Positions 1-12,750 of a stretch of 64,000 bases of DNA are shown one piece after another (the first letter of the stretch is position 1; each line of letters opens with the position of its first letter). Location of the stretch: the NCBI RefSeq assembly GCF_030684315.1, contig NC_081397.1, positions 9,362,001-9,426,000 of the forward strand. Direction: 5' to 3'. Below the pieces are notes generated by a model that had not been told where the DNA came from, made no database searches, and saw only the letters and a program-made list of their open reading frames with translations. Both the position numbers and the translations under genes were made by a program. The stretch is from Stegostoma tigrinum. Taxonomy: Eukaryota.

Positions 1-1289
1 GAATTGACACGAATAAATCAATAACTAAACTCATATCCACAGACAGGTTTGTGTAAGGTAGATGCAGTCATGGAGCTGTGCAGGTTTTGGTTACTTTTGA
101 GACCTCACTCAAATGGTGTTGATGTCATTAAAAATTATTAGACAAGAAGCAGCTCAGTGCAAGACTGGAATCTGACCCATAGTTATGTTAGAATTCCTGG
201 TGATAAACAAAATATCCAAATGACTATTAGCAAAATGTTGCATTGATCAGTTAAATATTGTCAAACCCAACTGATGTTGGTTTACAGGAGCTATCTGTTC
301 CGTCTTCCTACAGACAAACACTGGAAGGACCAGGACAATGTAACATTGCTTCAGATCAAAGCCAAGTGTGACCAGCTCATTATAATAAACAGCAGGTATG
401 TTCCCACTGTCAGAGTAGAGAACATCCTTTCTACAGTCACAGAGCGGATCGAGTCAGTCACACATTGAGCTTAATTTCCAACAGATCTGTTCAAACCAAC
501 AGTAAGACAGCACATAAAAAATGCAATTTTATTTTTCTTTGCTCTCCATTCAAAATGCCCAGTTCCAATAAGTTTCACCATTCATAGCCCATTGATATTT
601 ACACCATTTTTAAGGTGGATAGACCTCCTTGTCCAAAGTATACACGCAGAAATTGAAGAAAATCTACATAAAATGACTCTAATAACATCTATCACCTTAT
701 GAATCACATCTCAACCCATAAAATTACTGATTGCTGACAATTAAACCACTTTTAGAAGTAGAAAGCAACAAACATGGATCGATATCTAACCTTTCAGATT
801 CATATTATGCAAACAGACCAAAAAAGATTGATGAGTCTCTCATATTGACTTTGCAGTAACTGACAGGTAAAGATTGATGAAAATATTCGCATAGCCAAAA
901 CTGGCATGCACACATTAATAACCACGCTCACACTCACACAGCAAACTGACAGCAACTGAACAATAACTACGCTGTCATATCCACATTATCATATTGATGA
1001 TAACACTCTCAATTTCACAAAGCATGAAGTGATAGGTACAAATTTGTAACTGCACTCACATATCCGCAGATTTGAAAAATACTGACAGGCACAGTTTGAT
1101 CGTTGTCCTCAAATATTTGCAAAGTAGATTCTCATGGGTACATAATGATACATCAGTTTACTTTCAAATTGACAGAGAAGAAACTTTGAGATACAAGTTG
1201 CTGTACATGCACATTTCCATATCGAAGCAACTGACAGGAAAAGTTTGAAAATAACCTTGAAGATAGCAAGAATTGCAGATGCTGGAGCC

Positions 1290-2947
1290 AGCTTTCCCAG
1301 TTTCACGTGAAAAGGAGAATATTGTAGAGGAGAAGACTGAATTACACGCTACTAGAATTGAAAGGATTGAGGTGAGTAAGGAGGAAGTGAGATCAGTTCT
1401 ACAAGGTGTGAAGGTAGATAAATCCCCTGGGCCGGATGGGATTTTTCCGAGGATTGCCTGGGAAGCTAGGGAGGAGGTGGCAGAGCCCTTGGCCTTGATC
1501 GTTGAGGCCTCATTGTCTACAGGTTTAGTACCAGAGGACTGGAGGGTTGCAAATGTTGTGGCCTTGTTCAAGGATGGCAGTAGGAATGACCCAGGCAATT
1601 ATAGACCTGTGAACGTTGTGTCTGTTGTAAGAAAAGTTTTGGAAAGGATTATAAGAGAGAGGTTTTATAATCATCTAGCAAGCAACAATTTGATTGGAGA
1701 TAGTCAACATGGATTTGTCAAGGGCAGATCATGTCTCACAGACCTCATCGAGTATTTTTGAGAAGGTGACCAAGCATGTGGATGAAGGTAGGGCAGTTGA
1801 TGTGGTGTACGTGGACTTCAGTAAAGCCTTTGGTAAGTCTCCACATGGTAGGCGATTGAAGAAAATACGGAGGCTTGGGGTTGAGGGAGATTTAGCAGTT
1901 TGGATTAGAAACTGGCTTTCTGTAAGAAGGCAACGAGTGGTGGTTGATGGAAAATATTCAGCCTGGAGTCCAGTTACTGGTGATGTGCCTCAAGGATCTG
2001 TTTTGAGACCACTGCTGTTTGTCATTTTTATAAATGAATTGGACGCAGGCCTAGGTGGATGGGTTAGTAAGCTTGCAGATGACACTAAGGTCGGTGGAGT
2101 GGTGGACAGTGTGGAAGAATGTTGCGGGGAGAATTGGATAAACTGCAGAATTGGGCTGAAAGGTGGCAAATGGAGTTCAATGTGGATAAATGTGAGGTGA
2201 TTGACTTTGGGAAGAATAATAGGAAGGCAGAATACTGGGTCAATGGAAAGATTCTTGGTCGTGTGGATGTGCAGAGGGATCTTGGTGTCCATGTACATAG
2301 ATCCCTGAAGGTTGCCACCCAGGTTGATAGTGCTGTTAAGAAGGCGTACAGTGTGTTAGGTTTTTATTGGTAGAGGGATTGAGTTCCGGAGTGGTGATGT
2401 CATGTTGCAACTGTACAAAACACTAGTGCAGCCTCATTTGGAATATTGCGTACAGTTCTGGTCGCCCCATTACAGGAAGGATGTGGAAGCATTGGAAAAG
2501 GTGCAGAGGAGATTTACCAGGATGTTGCCTGGTCTGGAGCGAAGGCCTTATGACGAAAGGACTTGGGTCTGTTCGCATTGGAGAGAAGGAGGCTAAGAGG
2601 CGATTTAATAGAGACATAGAAGGTGATCAGAGGATTAGACAGGGTGGACAGTGAGAGTCTTTTTCTGAGGATGATGACATCAGCTTGCAAAAGAAGGCAT
2701 AGCTACAAATTGAGGGGTGATAGATATAAGACAGATGTTAGAGGCAGGTTCTTTACTCAGTGTTTAAGGCACTGGAACGCCCTGCCTGCCAATGTGGTTA
2801 ACTCAGCCACATTAGGGGCATTTAAACTGGCCTTGGATAAAAATATGTATGATAATGTGATAGTGTAGGGGGATGGGCTGAGATTAGCTCACAGGTCAGC
2901 GCAACATTGAGGGCCGAAGGGCCTGCTCTGCGCTGTATTGTTCTATG
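1290..2947 (+). mobile_element. 5'-truncated CR1-type LINE (ORF2 reverse transcriptase plus 3' UTR), frameshifted
   Basis: Peptides KSPGPDGI, PGNYRPV, QHGFVKGRSCLT, VDFSKAF, VPQGSVL, LADDTK, HLEYCVQFWSP across ORFs 1273-2868. Ends in the CTGTATTGTTCTATG tail. Confidence 0.95.
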
Positions 2948-3159
2948 GCATAAACTGACAGGTACATTTTGATAACTACTCTGATATTCACAGAGCAGAA
3001 TCTGGCTGGTCCTTATAAGCGTATTCACATGGTCACCAAGTAGAAACTGAGATTGATAACAGTAACATTCAAAATTGCAGTAACTGACAGATAGAAGTTG
3101 ATAATTGCAGTCACATTTGCATTGCAGTTACTGTCAGGGTCAGATTAATAACTATGCTT

Positions 3160-4005
3160 TTGCTGACTTGCTTGCCAAGCTTGTAAGTTTGTTTACAGAC
3201 ATTTTGTCATCATCCTACGTGACATCATCAGTGCGCCTCCAGTGAAGCAGTGGTGTTCTGTCCTACTTGCTGTTTATGTGCCTCGGTTTGCTGGGGTGGG
3301 TGGCATCACTTCTGGATTTGTCTCTTCGTACATGGAGTCCAGCTTGACATGTTTATTAATGGAGTTCCAGTTTGAGTGCCAGCCTCTAGGAATTCTGGTG
3401 CATGTCTTTGGTTGGCTTCTCCTTGTATGCCTACGTTGTCCCAGTCAAATTGGTGTCCGTCTTTGTCCGTGTACATTTAGATGAGTGATAGTTGGTCATG
3501 TCTCTTGGTAGCTAGTTGGTGTTTATCCTGAAGGCTAATTTCCTACCGGTTTACCCTGTGTAATGGTAACGACGATCTCTTCATAATCTTGTAAATAACT
3601 TAACTCCTTTTTACATTTCATATCTTGTAAATAACGTTGGTTCTGTCGGTCATGGTTTGCGGATCCTTTGTTCTCATCAGTAGCTGTCCGTTTGTGGCCT
3701 ACCATGATTCCTACTGGGCGGTGTCATCTAGTGGTCATTTCTGGTATGCCGTTAATGTATGGCAGGGTGACTAGTGTCTCTGGACATGTTGTGTCTTTCT
3801 GTTGTCATCTGTTTTGTAGTTATTGGCAATGACGCTTTTCAGGTAACTGTCACTTCTAAAGACACTGTATCAATGTTCTTCCTTGGCTCTACACAGCTCT
3901 GGGTGTGACAGTGTATTGTGGCTGACTTGAACAGTGTTTTGATGCAGCTTTGTTTGTGGTTCTTGGGATGATTGCTGTTGTAGTTGAGTACCTGACCTGT
4001 ATGAA
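3160..4005 (-). mobile_element. Penelope-like element fragment (Poseidon-type GIY-YIG end plus terminal repeat with a decayed hammerhead)
   Basis: Minus-strand translation gives TGRKLA, GHQFDWDNV and NSINKHV-like GIY-YIG C-terminal motifs. CTGATGA-TGTCAC...TGAC-AAAA on the minus strand at 3198-3231. Confidence 0.75.
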
Positions 4006-5331
4006 TTACAAACCTTAATAACTACTCTTTCAGATGCTCAGAGCTGAAACTGACAAATACAGATTGATAAGGAAACATTACCGTAGCAAAGCAGTGTGTC
4101 ATGGACAGACTGATAATTTCAGAAACACATTCACTGAGTAGAAACTGACAGGAAGAGAATGATCTCCATACTCAGGTACCCACTTAGCAGAAACTGACAG
4201 GAACAGGTTGATGATAACACTCCCAGTTTCACACAGCATAAACTGACAGGTTTAGATTTATGATGACACTCAAGTATTCACAGAGCAGCTCATTGTTACA
4301 TGTTGAAAACTGCACTCACAAATTCACCTCACAGAAACTGACATGTACAGATTGATAATTAAACTGTCATATTGACATAGCAGAAACAGAGAATGAACTC
4401 ACACATTCACCCAGCAGGAAGTGAATAGTATGGATTGATAACGGCACTTTCACCTTCATATTACAGAAACTGAGAGGCGTCAATGAATAACAACACTCAC
4501 ACAGTCAAGTCTGACAAACTGACAGGTACAGGGTGATCACTATACGCTTTCATTCCAATTGCATTAACTGACAGGTGCAGGTCAATGGACTCAACAGACG
4601 TAACAGAGACAGATAATTGCATTCATTCACTTGACACAGACTGTGTGGACTGTGTTGATGACTGCGCTCTCAGATTCACAGAGCAGAAACTAACAGGTAC
4701 AAATTAAAACTGCACTCATACATTCACAAATCAGAAACTGAAAGGTCCAGGTCAATATCTACACTCACATATTCACAGAGCAAAAACTGTCATGAACAGA
4801 CTGATCATAACACTCTGTCTCCCACAGCATAACCTGACAGGTTCACTTTGATAACTACGCACATTCACTGAGCAGAAAACACCAGGGATAAATTGATATC
4901 TAAACTCACAGATGGACATTGCAGAAACTGACTGACCTAGAAGGATAAGTACACTCACCTTCTCACAGCAGAAAATGACAGGGACATGTTGATAACTACA
5001 GTCACACATGCATATTACAGAAACTTTCAGGTTACATTCAGAGGTTGACATGACAGAAACTTGACAGAGACAGACCGATAACTACACTCCCTTTATTCAC
5101 ATTGCATATACCTGCCAGAACAGTCTGACAACCAGACTTTCATACTTGCATATTGGAAAGTGACATTTACAGATTGATAATTCTGCTCAAATAGTCACCT
5201 GGCAGAAACTAACATCACATCAATAACTAAAATCATTGTAATAGCAGAAACTTTTGAGACTGAAAATGACACCCATAGCCACAGAGCTTAAAACAAAACC
5301 TGACAGATACAGATTGATAGTAAGCTCACAT

Positions 5332-5681
5332 TTCTTTATTCATTCACAGGGCAAGGGTGTTGCTGGCAAGGCAACATTTTTTGCCCATCCCTAATTGCCC
5401 AGAGGGCAGTTAAGAGTCAACTACACTGTTGTGGGTCTGGGGTCACATGTAGCGTGGACCAGGTAAGGATGGCAGTTTCCTGCCCAAAGAGACATGATTT
5501 TTATTTTCTTCTGACAATTGCCAATAGATTCATGGTCATCATTAGACTCTTAATTCCAGATATTTATTGAATTCAAATTCCACCATCTGCCATAGCGGGA
5601 TTTGAACCTGGTGCCCAGAACATTATCTGGATCTTTGGAGTAACAGTCCAGTGATAACACCACTCGGCCATTGCTTCCCCC
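5332..5681 (-). mobile_element. tRNA-headed SINE (Deu-domain/SacSINE1-like)
   Basis: Minus-strand head GGGAAGCAATGGCCGAGTGG...GGTTCAAATCCC (A/B boxes). Homologous copy at 19230-19545. Family name is from recall. Confidence 0.75.
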
Positions 5682-7404
5682 ATTCACACAGCAGAAACTG
5701 ACACGGAGACAATAATAATGACACTAACATTTACGTCACAGAAAATGACAGGCACTGACTAACAATTATGCTCTCATGTCCGCAGCGCAGATCTGACAGG
5801 GAGAGATTGGTAAACACACTCACATATTCACACAGCAGTGACTGAGAAAGATTCATACCTGTCCTCTCATTCACAATACAGAAACTGACAGGTATAAGTT
5901 GATAACAGCACTCATGGTTTCACAGCATATTGCCTGACACTCGCATAAACCTCATAGAAATTGTCAGATATAGGTTGATAATTAAACTCTCATTCGCGTA
6001 GCAGAGATTGACAGGTAAAGGCGGATGACAACAGCCATATCTTTCCATCGCAGGAACTGACAGGCATAGATAGATAAATACACTCAGATTTTAACAGCAG
6101 GAATGGGAAGGTGCAGGTTAATAACTACAGTCACATAGTTGAACTGCAGAAACTTATAGGGTCACATTGATGACAACAGTCAGACATTCACATGACAAAC
6201 TGACAGGTACAGATGGATATCGAAACACACACTCAGCAGAAACTTTGAGGTAGAGACTGGTAATGACAGCCATACATTCACAGAGCACGCACTCACAGGC
6301 ATGGATTGATTATCAAACTCATATTTTAACACAGCAAAAACTGACGGGCGGAGACTGGTAACTGCATTCACAAAGCCACACAGCTGAAACTAACAGATAC
6401 GTAAGGATAACTGCATTCATGCATTCACACAGTAAATAGTGACAGTGACTGATAGATAACTGCACTGCCATCCTTTGTGTATCACAAACTGCCAGGAACA
6501 GATGCACTCAAATATTGACACACCAGAAGGTGACAGGTACAGATTGACATGCAAACTCTCATATTCAGATACCAGAAAATGGCAGGTACAAATTGATACC
6601 CATACCCACACTCCCATATGCACAGAGAAACTGAGAGGGAAAGACTGATAAAAGCAATCAGACATTCACATAGCAGAGCCTGGCAGCAACAGAATGATAA
6701 ATAACTCTTGCATTCTTATAACAGAAACAGTCATGGATTGACTGAAAATGTATTCATCGAGCATAACCTGACAGGTACAGAGTGATAACTGCTGCCAAAC
6801 ATTCAGAGCGCAGACAAAAATGAACAGATTGATAACTAACCTCACATTTTCATATGACAGGAAACTGAAGGAAACAAATTAGTAAATACACTCCTATTCA
6901 CATAGCGAAGACTGATATGGACAGAATGATAACTACAATTACACATTCACGCTGCAGAATCTTTCAGGGATAGATTGATAATTGTACAAACAAACTCCCC
7001 AAGGAGAAGCTGACAGTCACAGATTTAAAACCAAACTCTCATATTCACCAAGTAACATGTGGTAGGTACACTGTGACAACTGAACTCAAATAGTCACAGA
7101 ACAATATTCCCCAGGTAGAGTGAGATAACTACACTCTTGCATCTGCCTTGCAGAAACTAAACTCTCATATTCATGGAGCACAAATTGGCAGGTACAGATC
7201 AATGCCTGCCCACTCATATTGATGCAACAGAATGGACATGTAGGGACTAGTCACAACACTCATACATTCTTTTGTAGAAACTGATCGGTATAGATTGAGA
7301 ATTACACCTGTACTTTCACATAGCACAAACTGAATGTTACGGACTAATAACATACACATTCGGACAGCAGAAGTTGACAGAAGTGACAAAAGCTGACCTG
7401 AGAT

Positions 7405-9320
7405 ATTGAGGGATACTGAGACTCTGCTCACGGAAAACAAGGAGGAATATATTGCGTTTAAGCGATCAGACTCTGATGAATCCCCAGATAGCTACAGAAG
7501 GAAATCAGAAGGTCAAAAAGAGGGTATGAGATGGATCTGGCAGATTAGGTAAAAGGTAATCCCAAGCGGTTCTACAGCTATATTAAGAGTAAAATGGTGG
7601 CTCAGGAGAGAACAGGCCCCCTTAAAGGTCAACATGGTGGTCTATGCGTGGTGCCAGAGGAGTTTGGGGTGGGGGGTGATTTTTAATGAATATTTCTCCT
7701 CTGTATTTACTAAGGAGAGAACCATGGATGCGAAGGAAATAAGGGGAACAAGTGGAGATATTTTTAGACTGCATATATATTACCAGAGAGGAGGTGTTTT
7801 CAGCCTGAGAGCATATTGAGATGGATGAATCCCAAGGCCTGATCAAGTCCAGCCTTGGATGATGTGGCAGGCTAGTCAAGAAATTGCACAGGCCCTTGCA
7901 GAGGTTTTTGCTTTCTTTTTAGCCACTGGTGAAGTTCTGGAAGACTGGAGGGTGGGTAATGTTGTTGCATTGTTTAAGAAAGGTAGCAAAGACAAGCCAG
8001 GGGACTACAGGCCAGTGAGCTGACATCACTGGGAGGCAAGTTAGCGGAGAGGATAGTGAGGGACAGGATCAACCAACATTTGGATATTCCATGTCTGATT
8101 AGGGATAGTCTGCAAGGATTTGAGAGTTGGAAGTCATGTCTGACAAATGTTTTGAGACTTTCAAAGAGGTAACCACACAGAGAGATAAGGGTAGGGCAGT
8201 GGATGTTGTCTGTGTGGACTTTAGTAAGGCCTTTGACTAAGTCCTGCACAGCAGGCCAGTAAGGAAGGTTCGGTTGCATGGCTACCAGGGTGAGTCGGCT
8301 AATTGGATTCAAAATGTATTTGATGGGAGGAAGCAGAGGGTGATGGTTGAAGACTGTTTCTTGGACTGGAGGCCTGTGACTTGTGGTGTGCCACAGGAGT
8401 CTGTGCTGAGACGTTAGTTATGTGTCATTTACATAAATGATCTGGATGTCAATGTACAAGGTATGATGAGTAAGTTTGCCAATGACACAATATTGAGAGG
8501 CATTGTTAATAGCGAGGAAGTTTGTCAAAAATAACAGAAGGATCTTGATCAGATGGGTAAGTGAGCTGAGGATTGGAAAATGCAATTCAACACAGAGAAG
8601 TGTGAGGTTTTGCACTTTGGAAGTCAAACCAAGGTAGGACTTGCACAGGAAGTGTTCAGGTCCTGAGGAGTGTTGTGGAACTGAGGCACCTTGGAATACA
8701 AGTACATGGCTCATTGAAAGTGATGCCACAAGTGGACAGGGTGGTGAAGAAAGCATTTGACATGCTGGCCTTCATTGGTTGGAACATTGAGTATAAGAGT
8801 TACGTTACAGTTGTAGAAGTTGCTGGTAAGGCCACATTTGGAGGATAATGTACAGTTTTGGTCATCCTGTTAAAGGAAAGTCATTTTTAAACTGGAAAGT
8901 GTGCAAAGAAGATTTACGAGGATGTTGCCAGGGCAAGGAGGCCTCAGTTATAGGGAGAGGTAAGCCAGAAGAGTACTTTATTCCTTGGAACAGAGGAGAA
9001 TGAGGTATGACCTTATTGATGTGTGTTACATCATCAGAGGACAGTTAGGATGAATGCATACAGTGTATTTTTTCTGCAAGAATAGGGAATTGAAAACTAG
9101 AGGGCAAAGGATTAAGAAGGACATGAGAGAGTGGTGCATATGTGGAATCAGTGAAAGTGGTTGAGGCAGGTACAATAGGAACATTGAAAAAAACATTTGA
9201 ATAGCAAGGGTTTAGAGGGACACAGACCAAATTCAGGCAATTGGAACTAGCTGAATCAGCACTGCGGTCAGCATGAACCAATTTGACCTGAAGGGCCTTT
9301 CTCCATGCTGTATGACCTCA
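7405..9320 (+). mobile_element. Degenerate CR1-type LINE ORF2
   Basis: IFNEYFSSVFTKE, GDYRPVS, VDFSKAF and FANDT-like motifs with many stops. The 3' tail resembles that of 1290-2947. Confidence 0.9.
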
Positions 9321-10177
9321 GACTACAATGGGACCTTGATCAAAAGGAGCAATGGGCTGTGGATTGTCAGATGGAGTTTAATCTTGACAAACATGAAGTG
9401 CTACATTTTGTTAGGGAAAATCAGGGCAGGACTGGCAGACTCCAAATAAGCTCCAGGGAAGCCAAACCAAAGGGTCTTCGAGTACAGGTTCATAGCTCCT
9501 TGCAATGGAATTACAGATCGACAGGTCAGCAAAGAAGGTGTTTGATACACTTGCCTTTATTGGTCAGTGCATTGAATGTGTGGTTTGGGAGGTCATGTTA
9601 TGAATGTACAGAACATTGGTTCAGCTTCTGAGAAAATGCATTCGGGTCTGGTGTCCCCTTAAAATGGGAAGGGGTTTTTAAACTTGAAAGAGTTCAGAAA
9701 ATGTTTAAAAGATTGTTGCTACGGTTGGAGACTTGGCCTTTGGGGAAAGACTGAAGAGACAGGGTTTGTAGGGGCTTGTTTTCCATGGAGTGTTGGAGGC
9801 CGAGTGGTGACCTTCCAGAAGATTATAAAATTATGAGCAGCATGGATAGGGTGAATAATCAAGTTCTTTTGCCCAGAGTAGAGGAATCCATAACTCGAGG
9901 GCATGGGTTTAAGTGGAGAGGTAAAATGTTGAAGAGCAACCTTAGGTGGGCAACATTAGCTCGCAGCGAGTGATGCATAACTGGATTGAACTGCCAAAGG
10001 ACGTGGTGGAGGATACGACAATTACAACATTTAAATGGCTTCTGGATGGGCACAAGATTTGGAAGGGTTCAGAGTGGTATCGGCTAAATGCTGGTAAATG
10101 GGACTAGATTAATTTACGATATCATTATTATGGTCGAGGTGGACCCAAGAGTGCTGTACATCTCTATGACTGTATGA
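9320..10177 (+). mobile_element. Second degenerate CR1 3' fragment
   Basis: QMEFNLDKHEVLHF and ESITRGHGFK. Ends in the GCTGTACATCTCTATGACTGTATGAC tail. Confidence 0.85.
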
Positions 10178-10570
10178 CAGGAACAGATTGTGAGAGAGTG
10201 ATATTCATTCACACTGCATAAACAGACAGGGACGGATAGATAACTGCACTCGCATTTTCACATAGGAAAGACTGACAGATATTGGACAAAACTATCCTTC
10301 AATAAACCTGAATCTCTCAATGACACAAGTGTCCTGCGGAACTCAGAGAGAGATGAAATAAAATAATATTACACAGAAAGATTACTTTGAGTAGAACAAA
10401 ACACACTGCCACAATTAAAATCACTCAGATACTGTGTTCAAGATATCATTAAATGACAATAACCAGTTGATTTGCGAGTGAGCTCGGAGTTTGTTCCGTG
10501 TACAGAATTTGGTTTGTGTCTCGCATTTCATTGAAGATCCTGATAGATCCGCATTGTCTCCATAAACTAA

Positions 10571-10684
10571 CCAATCACAGCGAGGCTGATGTCATGCTCC
10601 GACATTCTTTTTTAACTGTCCAATCATGAACAAGACTTTCCCCCATCCCTCATTAGCATTGCTGACGCGGTAAGGCTATAAAAA
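10571..10684 (+). promoter_or_regulatory. Histone H2B promoter
   Basis: CCAAT boxes at 10571 and 10620, octamer-like ATTAGCAT at 10652-10659 (in CTCATTAGCAT), TGACG half-CRE at 10663, TATAAAA at 10677. Confidence 0.8.
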
Positions 10685-10736
10685 GCGAGCTCCGAGCCCG
10701 TTTTCGCTTATTCTGTGTCTGAAAGTGACCGTTACG

Positions 10737-11117
10737 ATGGCAGATGAGAAGAAAGCGCAGGCAACTTCCAAGAAGGGCGCCAAGAAAATCATCAAGAAGG
10801 CGCCAGCGAAAGGCGGTAAGAAGAGGAGAAAGTCCAGGAAAGAAAGTTACGCCATCTATATCTACAAAGTGATGAAGCAGGTTCACCCCGACACCGGCAT
10901 CTCCTCCAAGGCCATGAGCATCATGAACTCGTTTGTCAGCGATATTTTCGAGCGTATCGCGGGGGAGGCTTCCCGCCTGGCCCATTACAACAAGCGCAGC
11001 ACCATCAGCTCCCGGGAGATCCAGACCGCGGTGCGGCTGCTGCTGCCCGGGGAGCTGGCCAAGCACGCCGTGTCGGAGGGTACAAAGGCGGTGACCAAGT
11101 ACACCAGCTCCAAGTGA
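10737..11117 (+). CDS. H2B: Histone H2B, intact, 126 aa
   Basis: Canonical [26 protein letters not shown]...AVTKYTSSK. The start is the ATG at 10737; the track ORF starts at an upstream GTG. Confidence 0.98.
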   Translation: MADEKKAQATSKKGAKKIIKKAPAKGGKKRRKSRKESYAIYIYKVMKQVHPDTGISSKAMSIMNSFVSDIFERIAGEASRLAHYNKRSTISSREIQTAVRLLLPGELAKHAVSEGTKAVTKYTSSK

Positions 11118-11158
11118 GACCCCACATTATGCAGAGAAAAACACATCCAAAACCCAAC

Positions 11159-11199
11159 GGCTCTTTTCAGAGCCACCCACAACTTCGCTGAAACAGCTG
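11159..11199 (+). terminator. Histone 3' stem-loop and downstream element (H2B)
   Basis: GGCTCTTTTCAGAGCC (11159-11174) followed by ACCCA, then TGAAACAGCTG. Confidence 0.95.
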
Positions 11200-11572
11200 A
11201 ACCAACTTTTTGCAAATGATTTTCGGTATGTATTAGTAATGTCAGTCGGCTTTTTAAAAATAATGTAATTGTTTTAGAACTTGATGTGTGGTCCCTCATC
11301 TGCCCTTTATTTTAGGTTGCAGCCATACCCTGTCTCGTTTCCCTGTATCTGCAAAGAGCATAATTATCTCCAATGAATCATGTATCAACAACTTCCATTT
11401 TTTTTTCCCAAGTTCCTCTTTCACACTTGATGACCCCGGGAAACAAAATTAACATCGAATCCCTTTTTACAATCTACTTGCTGTTGTTAATTTTACAATG
11501 AACCGAGATAAAGCCAGAGCAGCTGCCGAATTGCGATAGCAAGTGTGAAATATACAAGGCTATCCTCGGGTC

Positions 11573-11613
11573 TCCGCTCTCTTTCGAGGGTTTGGGTGGC
11601 TCTGAAAAGAGCC
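11573..11613 (-). terminator. Histone 3' stem-loop and downstream element (H4)
   Basis: Minus strand GGCTCTTTTCAGAGCC (11598-11613) followed by ACCCA, then purine-rich GAAAGAGAG. Confidence 0.95.
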
Positions 11614-11643
11614 TTTGGGTTCGCTGGAAAAGGGACGATTTGC

Positions 11644-11964
<321 letters not shown>

Positions 11965-12010
11965 TCACTCCAATCGCTGCCGAATAAGACCCGAGGTGCC
12001 TCACCTTCCT

Positions 12011-12040
12011 TTTTTATATAGCCCGCCCCGACCTGACTGA
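12011..12040 (-). promoter_or_regulatory. Histone H4 core promoter
   Basis: Minus strand TCAGTCAGGTCGGGGCGGGCTATATAAAAA contains a TATA box, a GC box and a motif resembling the H4 site II (GGTCCG) element. Confidence 0.75.
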
Positions 12041-12218
12041 GAAAGAGCTGACAGAGAGTGAGAGGCGGCCCGGGCAGGCAACTGAGTGACAGGCAGAGAA
12101 ATGTCCAGCTCCGCCTCCAGCTAACTCCCGCCCCCAACTGGATCTGGAACTAAACCTTTTCTCCACAAGGGCAGTGAACACAAGGCCCGGCAGAAAACCT
12201 GCAGAATCAAGTTTCACG

Positions 12219-12352
12219 ATGAAAGATAGTAAAAAGGCGGTGAGCAAGAACACCAGCTCCAAGTGAGACACCACATTCTGCTGAGATAACACATCCAAAA
12301 CCCAAAGGCTCTTCTAAGAGCCACCCACAACTTCATTGAAAGAAGCTGAGCC
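12219..12352 (+). pseudogene. H2B: H2B remnant: C-terminal codons, 3' UTR, stem-loop and downstream element only
   Basis: AAGGCGGTGAGCAAGAACACCAGCTCCAAGTGA and the following UTR align with 11085-11202. Stem-loop GGCTCTTCTAAGAGCC at 12307-12322. Confidence 0.9.
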
Positions 12353-12378
12353 ATTGTCTCTATTACTGGTTTGCTTGA

Positions 12379-12678
<300 letters not shown>

Positions 12679-12707
12679 AGAGACCGTTCTTTAACCTGAC
12701 AACCAAA

Positions 12708-12750
12708 GGCTCTTTTAAGAGCCACCCACAACATCAGTGAAAGAAACTGG
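12708..12750 (+). terminator. Histone 3' stem-loop of the H2A pseudogene
   Basis: GGCTCTTTTAAGAGCC (12708-12723) followed by ACCCA, then TGAAAGAAACTG. Confidence 0.9.

Larger units (their letters stand above)
790..10290. repeat. Degenerate tandem satellite, ~49-bp unit (approx. CACATTCACACAGCAGAAACTGACAGGTACAGATTGATAACTACACT), interrupted by LINE, SINE and Penelope insertions
   Basis: The AAACTGACAGG anchor recurs at 4142, 4191, 4240 and at 4516, 4565 (49-nt spacing). Similar units occur at ~790-1260, 2950-3160, 4010-5330, 5680-7400 and 10175-10290. Confidence 0.85.

Noticed and set aside
4010-7400. CRISPR-like array or repeat-protein ORFs (Cys/Val/Ser-rich minus-strand ORFs)
   Set aside because: Units are degenerate along their whole length, with no constant-repeat/unique-spacer pattern and no cas genes. 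The 49-bp period is not a multiple of 3 and the ORFs are short.
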